From: Camelus ferus
Taxonomy: Eukaryota
NCBI RefSeq assembly: GCF_009834535.1
Contig: NC_045698.1
Location: 1,366,001-1,430,000, forward strand
Length of the DNA: 64,000 nucleotides
Direction: 5' to 3'
The first letter of the stretch is position 1. Each line of letters begins with the position of its first letter. The notes under the pieces were generated by a model. That model was not told the DNA's origin. It saw nothing but the letters and a program-made list of their open reading frames with translations, and searched no databases. Made by a program: the position numbers and the translations under genes. Below are positions 36,001 through 49,269 of the stretch, piece after piece.

Positions 36001-36714
36001 AGGGCGCCGACGCCAGCTCAGCGCAGGTCCCCTGGGGCCTCAGGGGCTGCGCCCCGCGCGCCTCCTGCGTTCATCGCTAAGGCCCTGTCTGGGCGGCTCA
36101 CACCCGCCTTGTTCAACGGCCAGCTGTGGTCACCTTCTGTCACTCTGCTAATCTGTGGCCTCACCCGCCACTCTGCTGGCTCAAAGGTGACCGACCCCCT
36201 TTCGGTGGAAAAGTGAGCGGTCGGGCAGCCGTCGAGGGTCCACTGACGCACTCGGTGTTTGTCTCTAGTATTTGGGACCGTTTTGCACGCAAACCCCTTG
36301 CTGGAGATGCCTGTGTTGTTGTTTTTTTTTTTTTTTTTTTAATAGTCCACTTTGATAAAAACCCATAATATCAAGTGACTGGCTGCCTCACTAACGCACG
36401 GTTTGGACGTCAATTCAAAATTTGAAATCAGAAGACATATTCTTTTTATTCAATGTAAATTAAAATGTTGGCTTTCCATGCTATGATTGCTGTTTTGTTC
36501 CTAAAAGCATAGACTAAATTCATAGTTTATTTTAATTGGGCACATAAAAAATTAAAGAAAGGCTGAACAAATTACATCATAGTCAGCTGGTCTGTAAAAG
36601 CTTTTCCACCTGATTAATACATTAAAAAAGTAGAATTACAGTTATGAAAATGTGTGTGTGTGAGAGTGTGTCTGTGGGTCACATTTTTAACAGGAGGTGT
36701 CTCAGTGTGTGGGT

Positions 36715-36885
36715 CAGGGGTCACCAACATGGAAGCCAGGGGCTGTCGTGGGGAGCAGACGCCTGGGTCCCTCCCAGGCCTCCTGAAGCAGAACTTCAGC
36801 GGGTGGTGGTGCGCTTAGGACATTCATTTTTAGTGAGCTGTGAAGATGAGATGGGCGGTCTTTGCATTCTGAGAATGACTACTGC
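36715..36885. mobile_element. MER5A-like hAT-Charlie remnant
   Basis: gcagacgcctgggtccctcccaggcctcctgaagcagaact...cattttta...tctgagaatgactactg resembles MER5A. Confidence 0.55.
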
Positions 36886-38645
36886 ACACCACGGGGGCTG
36901 CTGGCTCAAGTTTTTTGTCTCATTGGGATGCACGAGATTGCACTTGTTCCAGAGAAGTGAGGAGCCACCAAAAAAGACACCTAAACAGAACCTGCAGTCC
37001 CGTGATTGGAGTTTGGCATTTTTTCAATGTAGGACCTTTTCAGTTAAGGGGCCTTTGTACCCTCGTGGTCACGGGTGTCCTCTCTCAAATGGCGCCCTGG
37101 CTTGTCGGCATTCTTCCTTTGGGGCCCCTGGGACCTGGGGTGTCACTTGGCCTCTTGATGATGCTGACAGTCCTCTGTTAGCCAAGGATTAAAACAAACC
37201 CGTGCTGAATATCCAGCTGGAAAACGTTTCAGTGGGATTAGATTCAGAGGCGCGTCACTGAGGGTGAGGTCACACCTTCACTGAGGTCACACCATCATTG
37301 AATTCACTGACGAGGATATTGAAGGGAACAAGATGACAGCATCCTGGAGCCTCTAGAGCTACAGTTCGGCAAATTTTCCGTGGTCTGTCCTCTCCTGGGG
37401 GAGCCTTCTCTGACTGTATTTCTCAGCAGACCAACATTTCTCTGTTTGGCTGGTGAGGGTCTCCCTGGAGCCCTGGACAAATCTTTGGCTGACGTCCACA
37501 TGAACCCTGGCGATGGCAAGTGTCATTTTGGACCCCCCCCCCCATATCAGCTCCTTCAGGACCCCGCCCTGCCCATCTACCAGCCTGTAGGAACCAGCGC
37601 TGACCAATCGACTAACCAGGCAGGGACACAGCTCCCCCACCCGTGGGCGGCCCCCAGCCCCAGAATCCCTGTCCCTGCTCACAGTGAGCCTGCTCTAGAC
37701 TTGGGATCCGCCTCCCCCACCAGTGGGGACACAGCCCTCCCACTGGCAGGCCAGCACCAGCATCAGGACAGCCGGGCCCAGCCCCGAAGCCAGCACAAGA
37801 CTTGGGGCACCTGGACCCTGCAGCCCGCTGTGCTGGCAGCTGGCCCCACTCACCCCAGTGGTTCGACGCCTGCTCAGGGCCCCCTGGGTAGGAGTGCTCT
37901 TTATATAATCGGTATGGTTTGCATATATTTTCTCTCAGTCTGTAGTCTGTACTTTCACATTCTTAACAGAGTATTGTTTTTTTAAATAGGGTTCACGTTT
38001 TTCATTGTGATGAAGTCCTGTTTATCAAGTTTTCCCCTTTGGGGGTCATGGTTTGGGATCTATTCTCCTAGCCACAGACCGCAGAGATCTCTACTATTTT
38101 TTTCCCCAAAGTTGTATCATTCTCATTTTATATTCAAGTCACCGACATATTTTGAGTTCATTTCTCTCTAAAGTGTGAAGTCTCGAAGTCCTTTTTTTGG
38201 CCTATGGCTGTCTAATGGCACCTAGCGTCGTTTGTTGAAAGACTGTCCTTTCTACATTGAATCACTTTTAAACTTTCACCAGAAATATGTTGTGCACATC
38301 TGTGTGGGTCTGTGCTGGGCTTCCGGCTCTGTTCTGCTGGTCCATGTGGATGTCTACCCCCCACACCACAGCCTGGGTGACCAGGACGATAAAAGTCTAG
38401 AAATCAGTTAGACTGGTTACTCCAGCCTCTTCTTCTTTTTCAATTAAAAAAAAGAAAAAAGAAAAAAAAACCCTCTCCTAGTTCCTTTTCACTTCCATAT
38501 AATTTTTGAATAACATGGTGTACATCTATAAAAAGCATTGCTAGGGTTTTGATGCTATGGCAGTAAGCCTTCCGTGACTTTCAACCTGCCTGTGTTGTTG
38601 TGTTTGAAGTGAGTTTTTTTTAGACGACATGTTGTTGAGGCATCG

Positions 38646-39043
38646 ATTTTTTTTAAATTGAGGTACAGTCGATTTACAATGTTGCGTTAGTTTCAGGTGT
38701 ATAACAAAGTGATTCGGTTCTATCCATCTATCTCTCTATCTATCTATAGATTCTTTTCTATTATTGGTTATTACGAGATATTGAAAATAGTCCCTGTGCT
38801 CTACAGTAGGACCTTAATGATTATTTTATATAAAGCAGTGTGTATCTGTAAATCCCAAATTCCTGATTTATCCTTCCCCTCCCTTTCCCCCTGGTAACCA
38901 TAAGTTTGTTTTCTATGTCTGTAAGTCTGTTTCTGTTTCGTAAATAAGTATATTTGTATTTTTTTTTTAGATTCCACATGTAAGTGATCTCATATGATAT
39001 TTGTATTTCTCTGTTTGACTTACTTCACTTATTATGATAATTC
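38646..39043 (-). mobile_element. Younger L1 3' end nested in the old L1M
   Basis: ttttttttaaattgaggtacagtcgatttacaatgttgcgttagtttcaggtgta...ggtaaccataagtttgttttctatgtctgt...gacttacttcactt; same family as 28012-28363. Candidate TSD AG(G/A)CAT(C/A)GATTTT at 38638-38650 and 39044-39056. Confidence 0.88.
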
Positions 39044-40350
39044 AGACATAGATTTTTTTTTTTAAATCCACTCTGCCAGTCTTTGCCTTTTAACTGATAT
39101 TTTTGGATCGTTTATATTTAATATATCTGTTGTTGTGTTAGGGATTAATTCTGCCATTTTAGTTTTTGTTTTCTAGTTAGTTTTGTTTCTATTTTTCATT
39201 TCTCTTTCCTTTTATTGATTTCCAATGGGCTACTTGAACATTATTTTTACAATTCAGTTACACTGTGTTTATAGTGTGTGCGTATCTCTTGTATTGTGGG
39301 TGCTCTATGTGTTACATTACACAGATTTGATTTATCACAGTCTACTTGTAACATTTCATCATTTCAAGTGAGGTACAGAAACTTACCTTTCTTTACATCA
39401 TTATGCCAACCTTGTTTGTAATATAATTGTCTTAAGTATTCCCTATGCATATATCTAGAATAAAATGAAGCAGTGTTCACAGTTTTGTTTAAATCACCAA
39501 ATACAATTTGGAAAACTCAAGAGGAGAAAGAAAATGTATTGTATTTGCCTATGATTTTACTCTTTCTGCTCTTCTTCCTTTATGCCTGATATTCTGAGTT
39601 CCATTTTCTTTTGTTTAAAGAAATCTATCTTTGGCCATTCATGCAGGGCAGATCAGCTGGCAGCACACTTTCCTCCAGTCTGAGTGTGCCCCGATGTACC
39701 TGCCCGTCACTCTGCAAGTGTAGCTCTCGGGTTAGGGTCTGGGCTGGCAGCTCTTCCTTTCTGATCAGAAGAAGTTACGTCACTTGTGCAGGCCTCCCCA
39801 CCTTCCGTTCAGAAATCTGCTGTAATTTCAATCATGTTTCCTTTATAGGTAAGATGTTTCTCACCTGTTTCAAAGCTTTTCATTGCCTTCTGCCTTCATA
39901 AGCCTGACTGTGATGTGTTCTGATATGAACTGGGGGGGATTTTATTCTGTCAGAAGTTTATTCTGAGGAGCTGTTGTTCGGTTTCTTGACTCTGTGGGTT
40001 TATGCCTTTTGCCATATTTGGGAAACTTTCAGCTGTTATTTCTTAGAGTATTTTTCAGTCCCACTCGTTCCGTGACCCCAATGACATACATATTAGACAT
40101 TCTATTTTTGCCTCATTGGTCCCTGAGACTCTGATACAATTCTTCTATTTTTCTCTCAGTTATTCAAATCGGGTAATTCCTACTGTTCTGTCTTCCAGTT
40201 TACTGATTCTGTTCCCTCCATATTGATGTTTAATAAAGCCACTGATTTTTTTTCCATTAAAGTCATTATATTCTTAGTTCTAGGATTTCCATTTGGTTTT
40301 TCTTTACGTCTTTTTTTTTTTTTTTCTGGGACTTTGCATTTTCTTCTTTT

Positions 40351-40488
40351 TAATTTTTTTGTGTGGGGGAGGGTAATTAGGTTTATTCATTTAGTTTTTT
40401 TTTTTTTTAATGGGGGTACTGGGGCTTGAACCCAGGACCCTGTGCATGCTGAGCACAAACTCTACCACTGAGATACACCCCCCCCCCC
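40351..40488 (-). mobile_element. tRNA-Ala-derived SINE (camelid Vic-1-like), nested in L1M
   Basis: Minus strand: gggggtgtatctcagtggtagagtttgtgctcagcatgcacagggtcctgggttcaagccccagtacc (A and B boxes), A-run, aataaacctaattaccctccccc, A tail. Confidence 0.9.
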
Positions 40489-42911
40489 TTCTTTTCTAAA
40501 TTGTGCTCAGAGAAGCACTTTAGTCAAGTCTTGTCAGATAGTTCTAACATCTGTGTCGTCCTGGCAGTGCCACCTGCGGGCTTCAGGGCTTTTGTCACTG
40601 CCCAGGGGTGATGAAGCCTTTTAGTTTTCATCCAGTTTGAGATCTTCCTGTTGTGGAGTAGGATGAGTGATTTCAACTTAAATCTCCACGTTTTCGTATT
40701 TTATATTCACCCTGGGTCTTACACCTTCTGACTCAGCTGCCTTCCTCTGGCACCAGTCCAGCGGTGGAAAGGGTGGAGCTGGAAGTCCAGGCTCCTCACT
40801 GACCTCCCTTGACACTAAAGATGGGCCCTGCTGGGTGGGAAGGGATTCTGATGCCCCCAGGCTTCCACTGACACTGTGGTGGGGTGGCTTCATCATCACT
40901 GGGCAGGAGCCAAAATCCTGGCCCTCCATTAGCCTTCTCTGACACCACCCCACAGAGAGGGGAGGTAAACCCCACATCCGCCATTGGGGTGGAAGTTCAG
41001 GTCCACATACAGCCTCTCATCACCCTGGGCGGGGGTCCTGGTTCCCATCGAATGTCTGTGAGAGTCCAGTCTCCATGCTTGGACTCCTCTGACACCCCCT
41101 GGCAAGGGTGTGGGCTGTCTTCTTGCAGCCCATGAGGGCGGAAGTCCAGGTTGGGTGGGACCACAGTGTCTAAGTGTCGTTTGGCCGGAGCAGAGATGCT
41201 GCTGTCTAAAATTGCTGTCCTGTTAGGCTTTCCTGACCCTTGGCTGGAAAGAGCAGACTTTGCTTAAGCTTTTTCTGCCCCCTTGGCATTTCTGAGTTGC
41301 TGGCTTCTTCAACTCCAGGTCTGGGACGCATAAGGCAAGAAGAAACCCAGCTAATCCCCCATCCTGCTGTGGGTCCTGTCCTGAGATTCCTAGCTGGTCT
41401 CTCCTCGGCCCACTTTTCAGAGACTTTGTGCATTTATTTCATAATAATATATAGAGATTTTTGTGATAGGGAAAATCCATGCACTTCCTCTTCCCAGAGG
41501 CAGAGTTTCTGTAATCATTTCTCTCCAAAAGAATTTCTTTTATGATTCTTGGGGATACCAACATCTCAAGAATCCATTTTGCACTACTGACCGTTCCCAG
41601 GGCCACTGACTGGAGCCTCTGCAGGGACCAGAGTTTGCTGGGCTGCCTTCTCCTCACCCCTCGGGGCTGGCCGGGGGGGGGGGGGTGGGGGTGAGGGGCG
41701 TGGTGAACATTCCGTAATTGGCGAAATAAATAGCACAACATTTCTGAGCGCTCAGTTCTGTGCTGACACACACATAAGCGTGGGGAGCGTTAGGGAGGCA
41801 CCCGCCAGTAGTTCAGTAATGCATGCTCCCCGTCACTTAATTATTTTGAGAACACCTGTTGAAGAAACAGCTGCTCCAGAGGGGGATTAGAAGTCAAAGG
41901 GTCAGTGCCTGTGTGACCACATTCACTCTAAACGGGAGCAGGCGCCTGCGGGGTGCGGAGGGACCGGTCCTTGTTCCTGGGAGAAACCGGCCCGGCGCCA
42001 GCCGTCACGTGCAGGACCTCCGGACCCTCGCTGGAAGCGTGCACGCGGGTGGATGGAAGGAGGCCGGCCCTGTGTGCTGATGTCCGGGCCCACGGCTGGC
42101 TTTCCTGCCGCTCACGGTACAGACACCTCCTGGAAGGGTCGGCACGTCCAGTGACGCTACACGGGACTTGCGCGTGCAGATGCCCAGCCCGAGAAGCCTG
42201 CAGGTGCGGGAGGGCGGGGCCTCGGGAAGCAGAGGCTCTGCCCGCCGGGGGTTCCGCGGAGCTGGCGCGTGGGGTCCGGGGCTTGGGGCAGCCCCTAACC
42301 TCCACGGAACGATGGCGTGGGGCCGGCTTCCCCGGTGAAGAATCAAGACCGTAGGAAACCGCGCCAAAAGGCTCCCGGCGCCGGTGCTTACGATCAGCGG
42401 TCAATACGGAGCCAGGTAGCGGCAGAACATCTCCATAAACGATGCGTGCGCTTCCCGTCTGTAGCCTGCTTGTCAATTATCCAGATAATCTTCCTAATTT
42501 TCCCCGGTGTGCAATTTTAAAATTCATCCCTAGGCTTGGAGAAGACAAAGAGCAGGTTCCACGCACACCTACCCAAGCCCCTGCTGGCGGCGGGGACGCG
42601 CTCCGGTCCGGCTGGAGGCGGGCTCCCCTCCCGGGGCCTCTCCCCGGAGCCCCGCCCCCGCCCCGCTTGTCTTCCCGAGAGAGCCGAGGGGCTCTCCGTG
42701 CTCATTGCAGCCCGGCCTCCCAGGGGTGGTGCACGATCAGGGGAGCCACCGCGGGAGAACGAGGGGGTGGCGGGAGAACATGAAGAAACCAAGTATCAGA
42801 CTGTGCAGGAGCAAACTTAATAGTGACAACTTCCTCGGGGCAGCTGCAGCCTTAAAGCGCAGCATTTATTCTTGGCCATTTTTCCCGCGGCCAACACCAC
42901 TGTCCACCCCA

Positions 42912-42945
<34 letters not shown>

Positions 42946-42962
42946 CACACACTCACACACAC
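42912..42962 (+). repeat. (CA)n microsatellite
   Basis: Directly visible. Confidence 0.95.
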
Positions 42963-44751
42963 AGTAGGGCTGCGCCAGGTCATTTTCCCCATGGAATTTG
43001 TGGTGTCATTTTCTTTTCTTTAAAGCTTCAGAAATTTCACACCCTCCCTTGGTAACGTATTCAAATATCAAATGTCTCCTGGTGCTGGCAGTTCTCTTTT
43101 TTTATATTTAATTTAAATCTTATGCTGTGGCACCTTTTTCTTTTATGAAGATTAGTGAAAGAAATGTAATTTTTAAAATTATTTGGGGCAATGAAACTTA
43201 CTTTTTTAAGGCCCATGATCGCATGAAATAGCCTCCTATTTTACACACTGCTATTTAATTTTCGTCTTCGTAGCACCTGCTGCGAGAGAGCACGTTTAAC
43301 CGCACTGGAAAACATTCCCTGCTGCACTGCAGACCTCGTCACGTCAGTGACGGCTTAAAGCCTGGGCCAGTAAATTGGCCCTGATTAAATAAAGGATAAA
43401 ACAGTGAAAGTAGTTGAAAGGCGGTTTTACAAAGAATATCGTTTTCTGTTTTCTGTGTCTTTAAAATTTCAGGCTGGGCAAAGAATAACTGGGAGAGATT
43501 GCGTTCACTGCACTTAGTCTTAAACCAGATCTTGGGACAGAGTGTCTAGTGCCTGGCGGGGAATAGCAGGTGTCAGTCACTGGGCGCCCCGTCCTCCCAG
43601 GCTCCCAAAGAGGACGGGTCACAGGAAAGACACCTGGTCCCGCTGCCTTGATGGCTCCGAATGCTGTCACCTCCATTAGCACACACACTGTCTTTCCTCC
43701 TTCCTGCTCAAGTCTTTGTGTTGCCTACAAAAACGCATTTTCTAAAGATGTCTTAAGTGGATGAATTATTTGGGAAAAACAGAGTGAGGAAGACATTAAG
43801 TTACAGTAATCAGAAATTAATTAGAAGTTAATTAGAAATTTGAAAATTCAGGGCTACAAAACTCTCAGATATCAGCACTGATTTCCTCACTTTCTAACCA
43901 AAAGGGGAAAAAATGTGCATGTGTGTGTGCATGTGTATATGAGTGTGTGTTATATTTACATATAAATAAATATAATTGCATTAAAATGCTTATACAGTGC
44001 ATTGTGACACTGCAGGTACCACGTCTCACGTATGAATTAATATTTAACATCACGAGCATGAGATTCGACATATATATACAAACGATCATTAAACACAAAG
44101 GGTTAGGGTAGTTTTCACATGTCTGAAAATTAACACGCTATTTTAATAAATCAAATCCAGTAAGAATTTCAAGTAGCTTTTTGGTCTTCATCACATCAAA
44201 GGAAGCAACATACAGCTCATTTAAAATCTGCACGGAGCTATCAGAGGTGGGTCTGAGACCTGTTAAGCACGTAGCGAGGGACAAGCACCGCGGAGGGACT
44301 GGGGTCACCGTTCTCAGAGGGACCTGCCGGGGACCTGCCGTTGGTCAGAGCCTCTGGGCTTGGAGCAGCACCTGTCTATGGGGGGAGCCAGAGACTACAG
44401 AAGGAATTATGCAAAATTCCAGAACTGCAGTCACCCGGCTTCAGGGACAGGAGAGGGGGTGCTGTGAGCCAGCTACACACACACAGGTCACCGGGGATGA
44501 GACCCCAGCGGGACCCAGGCGATCGAATGTGGAGGAAGGGGGACCAGGACATAGGCAAAATCTGAGAAAGAAAGTGAAAATCTTCATATAAGAAATTCAG
44601 ATACAAAGATCTTCTCTCAAGTGACCAAAAAACAGACCTACCCGTGGCGAACGTTCAGAGGAAGTTAGTGCCCTCAGGTCTTGCCCACAACATGCAGGAG
44701 GCAAGGGCTGGGTCCTGAGGTTCCATCAGAGACGCGGGTGCCTGTATGTTC

Positions 44752-44783
44752 GTGCGTGTGTGTGTGTGTGTGTGTGTTGTGTG
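44752..44783 (+). repeat. (TG)n microsatellite
   Basis: Directly visible. Confidence 0.9.
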
Positions 44784-46195
44784 CACCTGCGGTCGCTGGC
44801 AGCCCCCCATGGTGTCAGGAAGGCAGCTGAAGGGGAGGGTGTGCCCCGGGGAGCAGGACTGCTCCCCACATCTGCCTGGAGGCTCTCCGCGCGGACAGGA
44901 TTGATTTTGTTGGAACACAATGGAAGAGAGCCCGTATCTTAAAAGACCTTATCTTTGCTTCCTAACATAAATCAGTGTTTCAGTTCACTGGATTTCTTTG
45001 AACAGACACACTGTGCGCCCTCTTTCCAGAGCTCTCATCATCAAGTCCAAAAAGAAAATGGGCGTGGACTTCCGAGGCAGAGTAACCAAAGGGGGACAAA
45101 ACCTCACTGGTGAGTCCAGAGGACTTCGGAAGGTGGAGGGAGACGGACAAGTGCGGCTGACTGGGCGGCGGGGAGGGGGTGACCTCTGGGCCTCGGGAAG
45201 GGGGAACCAGCTGTCACTGGGCCCCCGGAGGACACAGGGCCACCAGGAGGATCTGGATTTGGGGATGGTGGGTCAGGGCGGAGAATGGGGGAGCCTTTGC
45301 ACCTTGTACAGAGCAGAGGATGACAGATCTCCACAGAGGCAGGGAGGCCCACTGGCGGGAGGGGCCGCCGAGAGGGGCTGAGTCCCCGGGGCGTCCGCAC
45401 GGCTGAGGGTGTGGTGACATGTCTTTCCAAACGAGAGGCAGGCGGGATGCGTTCCAGCTGTGTCCGCTTCAGGTCCCAGTCCTGCCGATAGAGGCTGGAG
45501 CGTTCTTCTCTGGGAAAGACCAGCACAGGCCAGGAGCCCTGAAATCTTTCATGGCTTTCGTATGGGGCTCTTCCACCTGGAACAGTAACTTATACACACG
45601 CGTTCATTCAGTTTTTCAGTGCACCCACCGCTCTCAGATGTGAGTGTGGACTTCAAAATTGCTTTCGAACGTTCAACGTTGCAGTAGAAGGCCTTGCACA
45701 CCTCCTACCCCCAGGATTGCTGGATGCTGTGCCTCCAGAGGGCGAGGCAAGAATCCAGAAAGAAGCATCTGACCCGGAGAGAGTGGCTGGACGCCCAGCA
45801 CAGCAAGTGACGGGACGGGGCCTCCAGGAACCTGTGGAGCTGGCCTTGGGGACAACTCCCCCGAAGGGGCAGTGGGACAGAGACCCCCCTTTATTAAATA
45901 GGACTGTCTGAGACAGGGGGGAAGGGGCCGGGCACAGCCACTGAGGGGACGACACAGCAACTGAGGACAAACCGGTCAGAACCGAGATGGCGGAGGAGTC
46001 GCCTTCCAGGTGACGTTGAGCCTCACGGCGCACCCACAGGGCCAGGACAGCGCCCAGGCTGCCGGCACAGGTCAAAAAGCGGGCGGGCAGGGCAGGGGGG
46101 CATTTCCTAGAAACCCCCGCCCCTCCCCCAGCACAGCTGGACTCATTCTCCTGAACACGAGCTCGTGAAACCACTGAGACCACAGAAACTCAATG

Positions 46196-46411
46196 CCCCC
46201 ACCTCGTCCCCATCCCCCTCTCGTCTACCCCCTCGTCCCCCCCTCGTCCCCCCCTCGCCCCCGCTCGTCCCCCCTGTCTCCCCCCCTCGTCCCCCCCATC
46301 TCCCCCCCTCGCCTCCCCCCCTCGCCTCCCCCCTCGTCCCTCCCCCCCTCGCCTCCCCCCCTCGCCTCCCCCCTCGCCTCCCCCCGTCGTCCCCCCCCTT
46401 CCCCCCCCCCG
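46196..46411 (+). repeat. C-rich minisatellite, unit about CCCCCCTCG(T/CCT)
   Basis: Repeated C4-C7 runs separated by TCG, TCGT or TCGCCT. Confidence 0.9.
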
Positions 46412-49269
46412 GCCTCTGAGCGGCCCGCTCTCGCCGGGGAACGTGTCTCTACGTAAACTTGCTCTCACTTCGCCACGCCTCGCTCTTGGCTGCCTTCCTG
46501 CGTGAGGCAAGAAGACGTTCTTCTGTGTGAGGCCACGTCTCCTTGGCGTGATGTGTTCCGCTGCTCCAGCAGGAGGTTTGGGTGCAGACAGGTGGCGGGT
46601 GAAAGAAAATTATGAAAGCCAGGAACACCAGAAACAGAAACACACGTCTGTACAGGAAGGGAAACCACGGGTACTTTGTGCTGCTGGGAGCGTGTGTGCT
46701 GGGCCGGGCCGCGGGAAGCCACGGTCCCGAGTCCATTCAGTCCACAGTCTCTTCTAGAATCCGATCCCACACCGGCTCAGATGGGCGCTGGGGCGGCCGG
46801 TGGCCGGGCGCTGGCCCCCGAAGCGTTCTCTTCACAGCCGCACACCCAGCAGTAGCCTGGTCCTCAGCGTGGCAGGCAGCCTGGCATCTTCCTCCTAACG
46901 GTACTGCTGTCTCTGCTTCTGGGATGAACGCGTGACGGATGCCTCCCGCCGCCCAGACTCCCGGGTGGACAGGAACCGCCGTCCATCACTCAGCCCCCGG
47001 TGCGTTGTCAACGAGATGCAGCCGAGGAATAAATCATGTGTGTTAGCCAGTAAGCTCAGAGAGAGGGAGGGAGCTGGCTGGCTGGAGTCAGTGGTTTTGG
47101 GGTTAGAGGGGTTTGGATGAAGGCAGGGAGGAGCTGTCTTTGTCACTGCTGTCACCGCTGTGTGGCAGACATCTGCCCGGCCGTCCAGGGCCCTCCGCTC
47201 GCTCAGAGGAACAGCTGGAGCCGCGGGCCCTCGGCTCCCCCCACACGCTCTGCTCCTGGCATTGCCAGTGACACTCGCGTGTGTTATCAGGCTGATCCGA
47301 CTCAACAATTGTTACTTAAAAGATAAAACACGCATTTGAACAAAAAGAGCTGTTTCTATGAAGCCCGGGTTCAATGCAATTAATAAAGAAACCTGCTTGA
47401 AAAGTTCTTGTTTGTCCTTGAAGGAAGTGAAACAGGAGCCGTGGGTGAATCTGGGTCAGGTGTGCAGCAAAGACAGGAGGCCGTGCAGCGGGTCACCGTG
47501 GAGGCGTCCGCGGGCCAGGTGTGACACGGCCACCCCGAGGCCCCGGGCAGCCGGGCGGCAGGCGGACCGGAGGGCGGACGTGCGGGCCTGCGATGCCGCA
47601 GGCTTCCCCTTCTCCCGAGAGAGGGAGCTGGTTGGGCTGCTGGCCGGCTGTCTCTGCTCACTGCTGAGACGCTCATTTTCACAAAAACTCTCCCTGAAAG
47701 GACACCAGTTATACTGTTGTGGCGAAAAAAATCAGTGACGGCAAAGTGTTCTGAAGCTGAAAGTCTTCTCGGCAAGAACACAGCGTTTAAACCTGAGAGC
47801 AGGACCAAGAAGGGTGTGCGTGTTTTCCCAAGTGAAGGCCTCACCTGCAGCTTCTGAAGAGCGTCCCGCTGGTGACTCTTTGGAGCACAGGAGTGGGAAG
47901 GTGGGCATGCAAAGGGCTTCCTGCTTAGAGGAGTGAAACCCACCATCACAGGGCCAGCGCTGAGTCCTGACTGGATAACTGAGCAAGAATCAACCAACGT
48001 GAATTTTAATCGGATTAAGACTGAGGTCCGTTAAGAGTGACCTGAGGGAAATATTCCAAAGATCCTCCTTTGCAAACTGTTTTTATTCAGATTATAATTC
48101 TGTCCCAGCACATCCTGTACCATTAATAGCAACGTTTTCAACTGCTTGTTTCACTCTCTGCCAGGCGGCGCTCTGGGTGTTTACGTCCATCTCACTGACT
48201 AAGATTAGCAGCCCGACCTCGCGGGCGGGAGCCTGGCATGGAGTGTCTGGGCACCGCCAGCACATGAGGGACACTGCACGCGGCGGGGCCAGGGCTCAGG
48301 CTGAGGACCCTCCGTCTCCCCTCGCGTTTGACTTGAATCAGGAGTGAGTGTGAGCTAAGTTTCAAATGTCTCGTCAAAACCCCTTCTCAAGAGTCCTTTT
48401 AAGAAAACAGCTCTAAATTGTAAGTATACCGTACCTTCCTGAAATTTTTCTGATTTGCTCTCCTTCCTTCTCCCCAGAGATGCTTCCTTTAAGCTGGGGA
48501 AGTGCCTGCAGTCGTTGCGGTCCGTGTGGAGGGAGGATCTGGAAGTGCACCTGTGAAGTGTGTCATTTATTCGCTTTATGTCGATCAGTTTGTCGGATTT
48601 ACCTGTCTTTCTGCATCGTCATCTGGAATCCACCTCTCTGTCTACCTGTCTCTCCCTTTCTTCCTGTCTCTCTATCTGTCTACCTACCGACCTACTGACC
48701 TACTGTCTGTCTGTTTGGGTTGGCCTCAGTGTTGGAGATTGAGTGATGGACAAAAGAAACACATCTTCACCCTCTGTGAGCTTAGATCCTAATACAAAAC
48801 AAAGATGGTAAACACGATTATACAAATAAAATTCATGGTGATGGCTACCAGGAGGGACGGCAGGCGCCAGGGTCGGAGGGAGTGGGGCAAGTGGACATGC
48901 TGCTGTCTGGGACCGGAGATCGTCAGGAACAGCTTCCTGGGCTGCATCTGTTAGAATTCACTAGTTACGTCAGCCTGTCTGTCCATCTGCAAAGAACTAG
49001 AAAGGCTGAATTAAAATACAGACCATGACAGCAAAGCTGCTTGCAGGCTCGGGGAGCGGCCACGCGGCTGGGTGTAGAGGGCCGGGTCCCGGGCAGTGAC
49101 GGAGCCTGGCTCTCAGGGGCACATTCCCCTTGCGACGTCTGCGTGGGGCAGAGTCAGGAGGGACCCGGCACTGTCTGCAGTCTCCATGGGCTGCAGACAA
49201 AACTGAAGTGCAAGGTCAGATGCTGCTCCAGATGCTGCTCCGTGCCTCTGTTCTCAGGTGAATGTGTGC

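Larger units (their letters stand above)
37890..41450 (-). mobile_element. Old, internally deleted L1M element(s) with nested younger insertions
   Basis: Long T-rich antisense L1 sequence (e.g. ttgtgatgaagtcctgtttatcaag, ttgttgaaagactgtcc, aatccactctgccagtctttgcctttta, tttgggaaactttcagctgttatttct), with a GC-richer 5'-UTR-like part at about 40700-41450. Confidence 0.8.

Noticed and set aside
40410..40488. tRNA-Ala gene (also 13915-13983)
   Set aside because: Stems and A box are degenerate, and both continue into a shared SINE spacer and A tail, so they are SINE heads.
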